A stretch of DNA of 64,000 nucleotides. It comes from an uncultured Candidatus Binatia bacterium (lineage in GTDB: Bacteria; Desulfobacterota; Binatia; UBA9968; JAJDTQ01). Both the position numbers and the translations under genes were made by a program. Location: positions 3,424,001-3,488,000 of the forward strand of contig OZ251459.1 in NCBI GenBank assembly GCA_965242525.1. Reading direction: 5' to 3'. Below, piece after piece: positions 8,679-17,932 of the stretch. The stretch's first letter is position 1; every line of letters begins with the position of its first letter. The notes beneath the pieces are model-generated. The model was not told the DNA's origin. It made no database searches and saw only the letters and a list, made by a program, of their open reading frames with translations.

Positions 8679-9907
8679 TTGCCCGCTCCTCCCAACGCCC
8701 GTCCGAAGGCGCGCGCGTTGAACCGCATCAGTCCTTCATAGGTGGAGCGCGCAGGGTCGCCGGAGTCGCCCAACGGGTCCACCAGCACCGTGCCCGCGCC
8801 GAACTCCCCGGCTATGGTCCTCGCCACCCGCGGGTCCAACTGGGGCTCCACCATGATGTTCCGGACCCCTGCGGCCCGGGCGCCGCGCACCAGGCGGGCG
8901 ACCTCCGCGGGAGTCGGCTCCTCGCCGGCGAACTCCTGGACCGCGTCCACCTCTTCGATGTCGTACCTTTCGGCGAAATAAGCCCACGCCCTGTGGAAGG
9001 AGACGAACTGCCGCCCGTCCGCCATGGCCAACTGCTGCCGGATCTCCGCGTCCAGAGCCGTCAACCGTTGACGGAAGTCCTCCGCGCGCTTCCGGTAGTA
9101 CTCCCCGCCCGCAGGGTCGGCTTCGATGAGGTGCTCGACCAGGACCGGCAGCACCGCGTCCCTGACCCGTATCGGGTCGAGCCAGAAGTGGGGGTCGAGC
9201 CCTTCCATCTCCTCGGAGGCGTGGCCCTCCTCGTGGCCGTGCCCCTTCTCGTGCGGCTCCTCCCCGTGGCCATGCTTCGCCTCGGCGTGTTCGTGGCCGT
9301 GGCCGCGGTGCGACTCGGCGCGTTCCTTCGCATGTTCGCGCTCATGGCCGTGCTCCGCCTTGGCGTGGCCGTGGCCGTGTTCGCGGTGCGCCTCGGCGTG
9401 TTCTTTCGCATGTTCACGCTCGTGGCCATGCCCTGCCTCGGCGTGGCCGTGCTTCTCCTCGGCATGACCGTGACCGTGGTCGCGGTGCGCCTCGGCCTGT
9501 TCCTTCGCATGTTCGCGCTCATGGCCGTGGCCGTGGTGGTGATGGTGGTCGGCCTCCAGCGGCTTCAGGTTCGGCGCCGCGATCAGGGTCACCCTCTCCA
9601 ACGCGCCGGAAGCCGCCCCCAGCAGCTTGTCGAACCAACCGTCGAAGCCCCCGCCGACGCTGACGAAGTACCGGGCTTGCTGGAGCTTGACCATGTCGCT
9701 CGGCACCGGCTCGAACGTATGCGGACTCGCGCCCGGCGGCACCAGCGCGTCCACCTTGACCCGCTCGCCTCCCACCTCTCCGACGAGGAAGGCGAGGGGA
9801 AGCACGCTGGTGACCACGCCCACGGGCTGCTTGCTTCCAAGAGCCGGATGGGCGACCATCCAGCAGCTTACCACCGCCATGAGCCCCAGGATCCACAATC
9901 TTTTCAT
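8675..9907 (-). CDS. znuA: Zn ABC substrate-binding protein with long His-rich insert
   Basis: Start re-called at ATG 9907 (MKRLWILG, GGGAGG RBS). PGASPHTFEP, DPHFWLDP, FHRAWAYFA; about 110-aa His/Glu-rich loop. Confidence 0.9.
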   Translation of the reverse strand: MKRLWILGLMAVVSCWMVAHPALGSKQPVGVVTSVLPLAFLVGEVGGERVKVDALVPPGASPHTFEPVPSDMVKLQQARYFVSVGGGFDGWFDKLLGAASGALERVTLIAAPNLKPLEADHHHHHGHGHEREHAKEQAEAHRDHGHGHAEEKHGHAEAGHGHEREHAKEHAEAHREHGHGHAKAEHGHEREHAKERAESHRGHGHEHAEAKHGHGEEPHEKGHGHEEGHASEEMEGLDPHFWLDPIRVRDAVLPVLVEHLIEADPAGGEYYRKRAEDFRQRLTALDAEIRQQLAMADGRQFVSFHRAWAYFAERYDIEEVDAVQEFAGEEPTPAEVARLVRGARAAGVRNIMVEPQLDPRVARTIAGEFGAGTVLVDPLGDSGDPARSTYEGLMRFNARAFGRALGGAGN

Positions 9908-9934
9908 TCCGTAACCCTCCCGGTACAGTGATGT

Positions 9935-9956
9935 AAATGATACCGTATTATCAATT
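9935..9956. promoter_or_regulatory. Fur/Zur-like operator upstream of znuA
   Basis: AT-rich imperfect palindrome AAATGATA-CCGTAT-TATCAATT about 30 bp upstream of the start in a GC-rich background. Confidence 0.5.
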
Positions 9957-10017
9957 GACCCGTTTGTCAACCGGGTGGATGAGTGGGTTGATCGAAAGAA
10001 TGGCTCTTCCGGCTTTT

Positions 10018-10192
10018 GGAACCTCTGAACAATCCGGACAGGGGGCATGAGCGCGTCCTTCGACTTCGCTTCGCTACGCTCAGGATGAATGGGGGGACTT
10101 CGCTTCGCTACGCTCAGGACGAACGGGGATAGGGGCGTCAGGGTGAGGGAATCGGGAATCCATCCCGGATGTCTCGATTGTTCAGAGGTTCC
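10018..10192 (+). mobile_element. MITE with IS5-like ends carrying family-B palindrome
   Basis: 17-bp TIR GGAACCTCTGAACAATC...GATTGTTCAGAGGTTCC; flanked by TTTT on both sides (10014-17, 10193-96). Confidence 0.88.
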
Positions 10193-10230
10193 TTTTGTGT
10201 GAGTAAGACAGGAGGGAAAGGGATCACGCC

Positions 10231-10424
10231 GTCATTGCTCCGCAGACGCCTGGCCCTGTCATTCCCACAGACGCCCACCCACCGTCATTCCCGCGAAAGC
10301 GGGAATCCATCCGGTTTCCTCGCTCTCGTTGTGCAAACCTCTCATACGGGGCGCCCATGGGGTTTGCTCGCAGGGTCTGGATTCCCGCCCCCGCTTCCGC
10401 GAGGACATGCTTTCGCGGGAATGA
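10231..10424. repeat. Family-A REP doublet (REPIN-like) with half-site tail
   Basis: GTCATTCCCGCGAAAGCGGGAATCC at 10284, inverted partner 10378-10424 (with insertion); internal spacer homologous to that at 45227-45349. Confidence 0.85.
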
Positions 10425-10520
10425 CGAGGCGGGCTCTGCGGGGACAAGACAGGGGCTGAGCAGCAACGGCCGATACTGGTTCCGGGCCTCCCTGCCCGTC
10501 CCTCGACAGGCTTGGCGGCG

Positions 10521-11177
10521 CTATCCTGCTCCGAGGGCGCGCAGGTCCTCGAGCAGCGCGGCCGGGTCGGGAGCCGAGCCGAAATAGGCGAACCGCATGT
10601 TGCCTTCGGCGTCCGCCACCACCGTGAGCGTCGTGTGCTCGATGAGCCCCCGGTCCAGCCGCTTCACGCTCACGCCGAACTCCTGCCACACCGGGGCGAG
10701 CTCCGCGGCCTTGCCCGTGAGCCACCACCAGTTGGCGGCGGCGGCCTGGCGGCGGCGGCTGTAGGCCTTGAGGATCTCCGGCGTATCCACCTCCGGGTCC
10801 ATGGTAATGGACAGGAAGCGGACGCTCCCGGCCTCCCGGGGCGTCAGGCGCTCCCGCAGGATCTTGAGGCTCGCCGTCAGCAGCGTGCAGACGTCCGGGC
10901 ACGACGTGTAGATGAAGTTGATCACCGCGGGTTGGCCCCGGAACTTCCGGAACTCCTGCGGCCTGCCGTCCTGGTCGGTGAGGACGAAGTTGTCGATGGC
11001 GATGTTCAGCTCGCGCCTTTCCGCGAAATCCACCTTGAGGATGGACTGGCGGCCGTGATGGCCGTGCGACTCCTGCGCCGATGACGGCGCCGGCGCCAGG
11101 AGCAGCGGGAGGGCCAGGGCCGCGGCCCCGAGGAACCTCAGGGGACCACTCGTCCCGCTGCCGGTCTTGCCGTTCAT
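10521..11177 (-). CDS. SCO family copper chaperone
   Basis: Start ATG 11177 overlaps the upstream stop; FVLTDQDG, FIYTSCPDVC (CxxxC), DPEVDTPE, WLTG, IEHT. Confidence 0.9.
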   Translation of the reverse strand: MNGKTGSGTSGPLRFLGAAALALPLLLAPAPSSAQESHGHHGRQSILKVDFAERRELNIAIDNFVLTDQDGRPQEFRKFRGQPAVINFIYTSCPDVCTLLTASLKILRERLTPREAGSVRFLSITMDPEVDTPEILKAYSRRRQAAAANWWWLTGKAAELAPVWQEFGVSVKRLDRGLIEHTTLTVVADAEGNMRFAYFGSAPDPAALLEDLRALGAG

Positions 11178-12610
11178 CCTACCCCCCACTTCTTCGCGAC
11201 CTCGTCCTTGTACCGCCGCTCGAAGGCGTTCACGGGCGGGAAGCGGTCGATCCACTGGTAGGGCCGGCACGCGTCGATGAGCACCCGGTCGGTCACGTAG
11301 CCTTTGGTGTCCCGGTCCATGGGAGAGATGACCGGCTCGCACACCGAGGCCCACACGTTCTTCACGATGTCGATGCCCTCCCGCGGGTCGCAGCGGGTGG
11401 ACATGGCCCAGATGACCTCGCCCGGGTCGGTAATGTCCACGTCGTCGTCCACCACCACCACCATCTTGCCGCCGTAGGCACCGGCCCGGGCGCCCGCGGC
11501 CACCAGCAGCGCCTGCTTGGCGTGGCCGGTATAGCGCTGCTTGATGGAGATGACCGTGAAGGGTCCGGGCTGGCCGCCATAGACGAAGCCCCAGACCCCG
11601 GTCACGTCCGGGATACCGGCCTTCTCCAACTGCTCCCAGAGCGTGATGGCGCCCAGGGGAATGGGCAGGTAGCTGTTGGGCGGCCTCACCGGCGGGGCGC
11701 CGAGGATGATGGGGTCGTTGCGGTAATACACGCGCTTGACGGTCATCAGCGGCACGTCGCCTTCGGTGGCCTCCGTATAGTACCCCGGCCACTCGCCGAA
11801 GGGACCTTCCCTGGGGAGCTGCTCCGGCGGCAGCGGCGGGATCTCCCCTTCGAGCACCACCTCCCCGTTGGCCGGGATGGGCAGGCCGGTCACCGCGCCT
11901 CGGACCACCGGGACCGGGCTGCCCTTCATCCATCCGGCGAACTCGTACTCGCTCACCGCGGGCGGCAGCGGCATCTGCGACGACAGCAACACCGCGGGCT
12001 CCTGTCCCAGGGTGATGGCCACGGGCAGGGCCTCGCCCCGGGCGTGGGCCCGTTCCATGGCCAGGCGCCCGTGCTTGCCCTTGTTCATCTTGACCGAGAC
12101 CTTGTTCTTCTCCTGGATCATCACCCGGTAGGTGCCGACGTTGACGACGCCGGACTCCGGGTCCCGGGTGATGACGCCGCATCCCGTGCCGATGTAGCGG
12201 CCGCCGTCCAGGTCGTGCCACAGGGGGGTGGGGAACCTGTACAGGTCCACCTCGTCCTCGTCCATCCGGTTCTCGAACACCGGACCGCCCTCCACTTGGT
12301 CATAGGGGAGCGGTTGGAACTCCAGGGTCCGCTTGCGCCATGCGTGCAGGAAATCGACCCCCTTCACGTCGGTGGGCAGCCCCATGGCCACCGCCGCCCG
12401 CCGACACGTGCGGAACAGGTTGGAGATGATGCGGAACCCCTTGGGAAACCCCTCGAACCCGTCGAACAGCAGGGCCGCCTGCTCGGTGTCGCCCATGTGC
12501 TCGGTGAGGGCGCCCACCTCCGTGTCCAGGTCCGCGCCCTCGATCCGCCTGACCTCGCCCATGTCCTCCAAGGTCCGTATGAAGCTTCTCATGTCGCCTG
12601 CTGGCTGCAT
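11174..12610 (-). CDS. UbiD family (prFMN-dependent) decarboxylase
   Basis: DGGRYIGT, NVGTYR, EGPFGEWPGYY, VVDDDVD, WAMSTRCDP, IDACRP. Confidence 0.92.
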   Translation of the reverse strand: MQPAGDMRSFIRTLEDMGEVRRIEGADLDTEVGALTEHMGDTEQAALLFDGFEGFPKGFRIISNLFRTCRRAAVAMGLPTDVKGVDFLHAWRKRTLEFQPLPYDQVEGGPVFENRMDEDEVDLYRFPTPLWHDLDGGRYIGTGCGVITRDPESGVVNVGTYRVMIQEKNKVSVKMNKGKHGRLAMERAHARGEALPVAITLGQEPAVLLSSQMPLPPAVSEYEFAGWMKGSPVPVVRGAVTGLPIPANGEVVLEGEIPPLPPEQLPREGPFGEWPGYYTEATEGDVPLMTVKRVYYRNDPIILGAPPVRPPNSYLPIPLGAITLWEQLEKAGIPDVTGVWGFVYGGQPGPFTVISIKQRYTGHAKQALLVAAGARAGAYGGKMVVVVDDDVDITDPGEVIWAMSTRCDPREGIDIVKNVWASVCEPVISPMDRDTKGYVTDRVLIDACRPYQWIDRFPPVNAFERRYKDEVAKKWGVG

Positions 12611-12765
12611 TCGTCTCTCCCTTTCGATAATCCACGGCGCGGGGATGTACCGGGACTGCCCCCGCCCCGCGGCATTTTCCTGCCCACGGTTCCTGTTGGC
12701 TCAGGAAGGCTCCTAACACAGGCCCGCGGACATTTCGAGCTTCAAGGCGGCCGGGTCGAGAATGG

Positions 12766-12793
12766 TTGACAATCGGGCGCCATGAAGTAGGGT
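12766..12793 (+). promoter_or_regulatory. Sigma70-type promoter of the TA operon
   Basis: TTGACA (12766-71), 16 nt, TAGGGT (12788-93). Confidence 0.45.
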
Positions 12794-12829
12794 TATCCCA
12801 CCTTCAACCGTACCCGGAGGGTGCAATCC

Positions 12830-13078
12830 ATGCACATGGTCAAGCTGCGCTCCAAGAACCAGGTCACCCTTCCCGGAAAAGTGGTGGCCCTGGCCGGACT
12901 GAAGGAGGGCGATTTCCTGAACGTCACCGCGGAGGGGACCCGGATCGTCATCACGGCCCGGGAGACCCGCGAGCGTGGCGCCGGCTACACCATGTCCGAC
13001 CTTCTTGGCGCGGCTTCCGGGATCTACGACTCGGCGGAGGACGTCGACGCGGAGATCGCCGATGGCCGCACCGAATGA
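12830..13078 (+). CDS. vapB: AbrB/MazE/SpoVT-family antitoxin
   Basis: KLRSKNQVTLP...GLKEGDFL; GGAGG RBS; ATGA-coupled to the PIN gene. Confidence 0.85.
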   Translation: MHMVKLRSKNQVTLPGKVVALAGLKEGDFLNVTAEGTRIVITARETRERGAGYTMSDLLGAASGIYDSAEDVDAEIADGRTE

Positions 13079-13527
13079 GCGTCGCTTGGCCCGTGCTCGG
13101 GTGCCGTACCTATCTCGACGCCAACCTTTACATCTACGTATTCGAGGGCATCGAAACGTACCGCACCAGGATGGCTGGGCTGCTGGCGGAGATCGATCGG
13201 CAGGACACCAGTGTGATCGCGAGCGAACTGCTCTTCACCGAACTCCTGCCCCGCCCCATGAAGGATGGCCGGCAAGATCTGGTCGAGCGTTATCTGGAAC
13301 TGTTTCGGAGCACCCCTCGCATCCATCTGGCGCCGATTGACCGCCGGGTGATCCTGCGTTCCGTCCAACTGCGGGCGGACTTCGGGCTGCGGTCGATGGA
13401 CGCCCTGCATCTGGCGACCGCGCTCGTCCACGACTGCGAGACCTTCGTCACCAACGACCAGCGCCTCGCCCGCGTGGACCGGCCCCGCATACTCACCCTT
13501 GCATCTCTGAAAGAACCGACATGCTGA
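13075..13527 (+). CDS. vapC: PIN-domain toxin
   Basis: YLDANLYIY, SELLFTELL, DALHLATA, FVTND. Confidence 0.9.
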   Translation: MSVAWPVLGCRTYLDANLYIYVFEGIETYRTRMAGLLAEIDRQDTSVIASELLFTELLPRPMKDGRQDLVERYLELFRSTPRIHLAPIDRRVILRSVQLRADFGLRSMDALHLATALVHDCETFVTNDQRLARVDRPRILTLASLKEPTC

Positions 13528-13633
13528 GGGCCGAATGCGCAGCGAACGATGGGGCCGGAGCGGGGACGGACTTTGGCTCCCACTCCATCCAGGACCATAA
13601 CTTCAAACGCCCTGGTTCTCCACATGAACCGCC

Positions 13634-14392
13634 TCATGGACCGGCGTGGCGGGTAAGGCGCCATGTTTCTTTCTCACAAGCGTCTGGTTTACACGATCCA
13701 GCGGGCTGTTCGACCCATCTCCGCAGAGACTCCGCGAACCGCTTACCCATCTCTCCGCGTTGTTCGACCGTGCTTGCGAACTCGCAAAAATCGATAACCC
13801 TCTTGCCGCCTGCTTTTGTGGGAGATTTTCTGGGTAAGATATAGATTACTCGAAGATTACAATCACTACCGAAGATTCTTATCTTGTCGATGAGTCTCCG
13901 TACGCCTGTAGATCTCTCGTTATACATTAAGCCTTCAAGTTCAGGACACATTTCGATAAGATTCAGACATTCCAAGTCCTTCAGAATATGAAAGTATTTT
14001 TTACGAGCTAATTTGTCGTTTTTTGCTTTAGCCAAGTGCTTTACATCGCAAAGGAGCTTGTACACCCCTTTCTTGTGAGCTTCGCAAAGATATCGATCTT
14101 GAATAGGATCAAGGGAACCCATATCGGTCTTGAGCTCTATGAGGAAAGCATATTTCTTGTCGCTTGACAGCGCGAAGTAGTCAGCTTTGTATGACTGTCC
14201 GTTATCTTTGTTCTTCCTTATAGGGAACTCAGGAATGATAGGCGACTGGACCTTGATCTTACATATCTCTTCCAGTACGCAGGACAGGAACAAGGTAAAG
14301 AACGGGGCAGCCGCAGACTCCAGACGGTAGCCATGTTGGTGTCGCAACTTGTCCAACAAGTTGAACACATCCTGCACGGTTGGATCCACCAT
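13634..14392 (-). CDS. Low-GC putative PD-(D/E)XK nuclease
   Basis: PEFPIRK...KADYFALS...FLIELKTD; visibly AT-richer than flanks; AAGGAGG RBS. Confidence 0.65.
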   Translation of the reverse strand: MVDPTVQDVFNLLDKLRHQHGYRLESAAAPFFTLFLSCVLEEICKIKVQSPIIPEFPIRKNKDNGQSYKADYFALSSDKKYAFLIELKTDMGSLDPIQDRYLCEAHKKGVYKLLCDVKHLAKAKNDKLARKKYFHILKDLECLNLIEMCPELEGLMYNERSTGVRRLIDKIRIFGSDCNLRVIYILPRKSPTKAGGKRVIDFCEFASTVEQRGEMGKRFAESLRRWVEQPAGSCKPDACEKETWRLTRHAGP

Positions 14393-14404
14393 TTCGCATC
14401 CTCC

Positions 14405-14731
14405 TTATCCTCGTCTTGCACATAGCCCGGGACGGCAGATCATCACCTTGGCCTTCGGCGTTTCCCAGATCACGACATCGGCGCGCGGGCTCTTGTGGCC
14501 GTGCGTGGTCCGCCGCTCCTGGGCCATCTGTTCGAGCGCGTAGCCATAGTTGTCGCAGAGGTGGCGGATGAAGTGCTGGCGCACGGTTTCTTCCGGCTTC
14601 CCGGTCACGTCCCGCCACTCCTGTCGCAGAGGAATCCAAAGCCGGTCCCCCTGCCGGTGCAAGGCTTCGGATTCCGCCGGAAACGGCACCGCGGGCGCTG
14701 CCTCGGGTTTCCTTCCCGTGTTCTTCGCCAT
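14405..14731 (-). pseudogene. Truncated type I restriction HsdR_N-like N-terminal fragment
   Basis: KPEETVRQHFIRHLCDNYGY..EQMAQE...RADVVIW, then stops before the expected ExK motif and any MTase or helicase domain. Confidence 0.65.
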
Positions 14732-14845
14732 TTTTTGCTCTCCTCCGGTGCATCCGCCCGTCCTGGGCGGCGTTCCGGCGGTCCACTCCGAAGCGGTCTC
14801 GCAAGGTGACGTTTTCCAGCCGCTTCCCGTCGGCGTCCGAAGTGA

Positions 14846-14968
14846 CGATCAATTCCCGGTCAAATCCTTGCTTGGATGATAACCTGTTGTGCGATAAAGG
14901 GTTTTCTCCCAATGGGAACCCCCGGGAGAGGTTGATCCGGCCCTGCGATCAATTCCCGGTCAAATCCT
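14846..14968. repeat. 23-bp exact direct repeat, 100-bp period
   Basis: CGATCAATTCCCGGTCAAATCCT at 14846-14868 and 14946-14968. Confidence 0.9.
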
Positions 14969-15038
14969 GTTCGCCATCGTCCCGCCCATCGGCAATCGCT
15001 TGGCGCGGGGCAAGCCCCAGCCCCATCCGGCCTCCCCT

Positions 15039-15713
15039 TCACTGCACGTAGATCTTCTTGGCGGCTTCCAGGCCCAGGACTACCTGGTCCTCGCCGACCT
15101 TGAGGGTAATGGTGCCCAGGGACGGGGCCACATCGAGGACGTCGATGCTCGATCCGGGATGGACCTTGTGGTCGTAGAGGAACGACAACAGCCTCTCGTC
15201 CCGCTCGCCGGTCTCGGTGATGCAGCGAAAAGTGACCTTGCGGCCGGCCTCTGCCGTGTTCAGGGGATGCCACTCGCGCCGCGGGGATAGCTGGCCGTCC
15301 TTGGGGATGGGGTTGCCGTGGGGGCAGGTGGCGGGGTTGTCCAGGATCGCGCTGAGGCGCTCCTCCACCACCGGGGAGATGGCGTGCTCCAGGTGATGCG
15401 CCTCCTGGTGGGCGGTGACCCAGTCCAGCCCCAGCAGGTCCGTCAGCAGCCGCTCGGTCAGGAAGTGCCGCCGCAGGATGGCCTCGGCGACCTCGCGGCC
15501 CTTGGAGGTCAGGTAGATGTTCTTGCGGCGCTCCACCCGCACGAACTCTTCCTTCTCCAGCCGCCGCAGGGCGCTGAACATGGTCGAAGGCGTCACGCCG
15601 ATGTCTTCGGCGACCCGCGCCGCGATGACCTGGTCGCCCTCCTCGGCCAGGCTGTAGATGGCCTTGAGGTAGTCTTCGGTGGCCGAGGTGACCTCTGAAC
15701 GCTTTCCCGCCAT
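15039..15713 (-). CDS. DtxR/MntR family metal-dependent repressor with FeoA-like C-terminal domain
   Basis: EDYLKAIY, LTSKGR, RRHFLTERLL, EAHHLEHAIS, CPHGNPIP. Confidence 0.92.
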   Translation of the reverse strand: MAGKRSEVTSATEDYLKAIYSLAEEGDQVIAARVAEDIGVTPSTMFSALRRLEKEEFVRVERRKNIYLTSKGREVAEAILRRHFLTERLLTDLLGLDWVTAHQEAHHLEHAISPVVEERLSAILDNPATCPHGNPIPKDGQLSPRREWHPLNTAEAGRKVTFRCITETGERDERLLSFLYDHKVHPGSSIDVLDVAPSLGTITLKVGEDQVVLGLEAAKKIYVQ

Positions 15714-15746
15714 GCTGGATTCCGTGGACGAGGCCGGCCGCGGCCC

Positions 15747-16244
15747 TTACGCGCCGCTTCCCCCGCCGCCGCCGGTATTGTAGATCTGCTGGGCCAGGTA
15801 GTTCTCGTGGCCGACCTCCCCCATCAGGTGGAGCTGCGCTTCGATCCAGTCCACGTGGCTCTCTTCATCGGCCAGGATCTGCTCCAGGAGTTCGCGGCTC
15901 ACGTGGTCCCCGGCCTCGTTGCACACGGCGATGCTGTCGTGGAGCACCGCAATGGCCGCCTCCTCCAGCCCCAGGTCGTTCTCCAACTGCTCCTTGACCG
16001 TCTTGCCGATCATGATCTTGTCGTAACCGGTGACGTTGGGCGCCCCGTCCAGCAGCAGGATGCGGTTGATGATCTGGTCCGCGTGCCGCATCTCCTCCAC
16101 GGATTCGGTCCAGATGAACTGGTCCAGGGCCTGGTAACCCCAGTTGCGGCACATGCGCGAGTGCATGAAGTACTGGTTGATGCCGGTCAGCTCTTTCCGC
16201 AGCACGTCGTTGAGCACCTTGAGCACTCTGGGGTCGCTTTTCAT
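15747..16244 (-). CDS. bfr: Bacterioferritin
   Basis: Start ATG 16244 (GGAGGAGG RBS); ELTGINQYFMH, EEMRHAD, DEESHVDWIE. Confidence 0.95.
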   Translation of the reverse strand: MKSDPRVLKVLNDVLRKELTGINQYFMHSRMCRNWGYQALDQFIWTESVEEMRHADQIINRILLLDGAPNVTGYDKIMIGKTVKEQLENDLGLEEAAIAVLHDSIAVCNEAGDHVSRELLEQILADEESHVDWIEAQLHLMGEVGHENYLAQQIYNTGGGGGSGA

Positions 16245-16408
16245 GTCGTATCCTCCTCCGCGTATGGGTTCCCCTTCCTCGAACCGAGGGGCTCCAGCAT
16301 GGGAACCATAGTCAAAGTCGGCCCCTTTTGAAAGAGCGAACTCCGTGCACGGGCCGGTTCCCCGAACGTTGCCTGCCGGTGACGCCATACCCAAGAGTGG
16401 GCGTTTGC

Positions 16409-16435
16409 TTTACCGAAACAATTTTATTTGATAAA
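16409..16435. promoter_or_regulatory. Candidate metal-regulator operator
   Basis: TTTACCGAAACAATTTTATTTGATAAA, 19/25 identical to 20635-20659. Confidence 0.45.
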
Positions 16436-16444
16436 GGGCCACAC

Positions 16445-17932
16445 GTGTCCTCGTCCATCGTCATCGCCCTCCTGGTCTTCACGTCCGTCACTGCGTCCGC
16501 GGGCAACTCCGACCGGGACCGGGCGCGCATCGCCGCGGTCACGCGGCCCACCGCCGACTTCTCCCGACCCGAGCGGTACGAACGCCGCCCGGGCGGCGCC
16601 GCCACGGTGTTCAAGCCGCTGAACCGGGACGTCTTCTCCCATCCGTCGGCGAACATGCCGTTCGACCGCCAACTCGACTTCCGGGTGGGAAACGGCATCT
16701 TCAAGAAGGTATGGGTCTCGTCGCCGAGCTCCACCGCCTCGTCGGACGGCCTCGGCCCGCTGTTCAACGCCCGCGCCTGCCAGCGCTGCCACCTGAAGGA
16801 CGGCCGCGGGCGGCCGCCGGCTCCGGGCGAGCGGGCCGAGTCCATGTTCCTCCGGCTGTCGGTCCCGGCCCCGGACGCGGAGGGTCCCGCTCCACGTGAG
16901 GGCTACCACCGGGCAACGGTTCCGGAACCCACCTACGGCGAGCAGATCCAGAACTTCTCGGTCCCGGGAGTGCCCGCGGAGGGCGAGATGACCATCGCCT
17001 ACCGCGAGCGGACGGTGGCGCTGGCCGACGGCGAGACCGCGTCGCTGCGGGTCCCCGCCTACGGGGTCGCCGGGCTCCGCTACGGCCCGCTGCACCCCCG
17101 CACCATGCTGTCCCCGCGGGTGACCCCGCCGATCATCGGCATGGGCCTCCTCGAAGCCGTGCCGGAAGAAGACATCCTGGCGGGCGCCGACCCGGACGAC
17201 GCCGACGGGGACGGCATCTCCGGCCGGGCCAACCGGGTCTGGAGCGACGAGCACCGGAAGCCCATGCTCGGCCGCTTCGGCTGGAAGGCGGGACAGCCCA
17301 CGGTGGCGCAACAGGCCGCCAGCGCGTTCCGCGGCGACATCGGCGTCTCCACGCCCCTCTACCCCGACCCCCACGGCGACTGCACCGAGGCCCAACGGGC
17401 GTGCCGGAACGCGCCCCACGGCGGCGCGTCGGACCCCCGCCACCGCGCCGAGGCCACCGAGACGATGTTCGACCTGCTGGTCTTCTACAGCCGCAACCTC
17501 GCGGTTCCCGCGCGCCGCGGCCTCGACGACCCACAGGTGCTCCAGGGCAAGCGGCTCTTCCACGAATCCGACTGCATCGGCTGCCACCGGCCGAAGTTCG
17601 TCACCCGGCGGGACTCCATCGGCAAGGAGCAGTCCTTCCAGCTCATCTGGCCCTACACCGACCTGCTGCTCCACGACATGGGGGAGGGGCTGGCCGACGG
17701 CCGGCCCGAGGGCGAAGCCGGCGGCCGCGAGTGGCGCACGCCGCCGCTCTGGGGCATCGGCCTCACGGAGACGGTCAACGGCCACACCCTGTTCCTGCAC
17801 GACGGCCGCGCCCGCAACCTGCTGGAGGCCATCCTCTGGCACGGCGGCGAGGCCGAAGCGTCCCGCCAGCGGGTGGAGGCCATGACCCGGGAGGAACGGG
17901 CCGCGCTGCTGGCGTTCCTGAACTCCCTTTAG
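16445..17932 (+). CDS. Di-heme oxidoreductase family protein (DHOR/DUF1111)
   Basis: DGLGPLFNARACQRCH and CIGCH heme motifs, GRFGWKA, YTDLLLHDMG, WRTPPLWGIG, LHDGRAR. Start approximate. Confidence 0.9.
   Translation: MSSSIVIALLVFTSVTASAGNSDRDRARIAAVTRPTADFSRPERYERRPGGAATVFKPLNRDVFSHPSANMPFDRQLDFRVGNGIFKKVWVSSPSSTASSDGLGPLFNARACQRCHLKDGRGRPPAPGERAESMFLRLSVPAPDAEGPAPREGYHRATVPEPTYGEQIQNFSVPGVPAEGEMTIAYRERTVALADGETASLRVPAYGVAGLRYGPLHPRTMLSPRVTPPIIGMGLLEAVPEEDILAGADPDDADGDGISGRANRVWSDEHRKPMLGRFGWKAGQPTVAQQAASAFRGDIGVSTPLYPDPHGDCTEAQRACRNAPHGGASDPRHRAEATETMFDLLVFYSRNLAVPARRGLDDPQVLQGKRLFHESDCIGCHRPKFVTRRDSIGKEQSFQLIWPYTDLLLHDMGEGLADGRPEGEAGGREWRTPPLWGIGLTETVNGHTLFLHDGRARNLLEAILWHGGEAEASRQRVEAMTREERAALLAFLNSL

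Noticed and set aside
9908-10048. N-terminal extensions of ORFs (znuA 10048, bfr 16394, imelysin 18162, nuclease 38088, VKOR 39902)
   Set aside because: Extensions run through MITE/REP or promoter DNA; better starts with RBS or signal peptides lie downstream.
14846-14968. Mini-CRISPR or integron attC
   Set aside because: Only two repeats, a 77-bp spacer, no RYYYAAC/GTTRRRY ends recognised, and no integrase or cas nearby.
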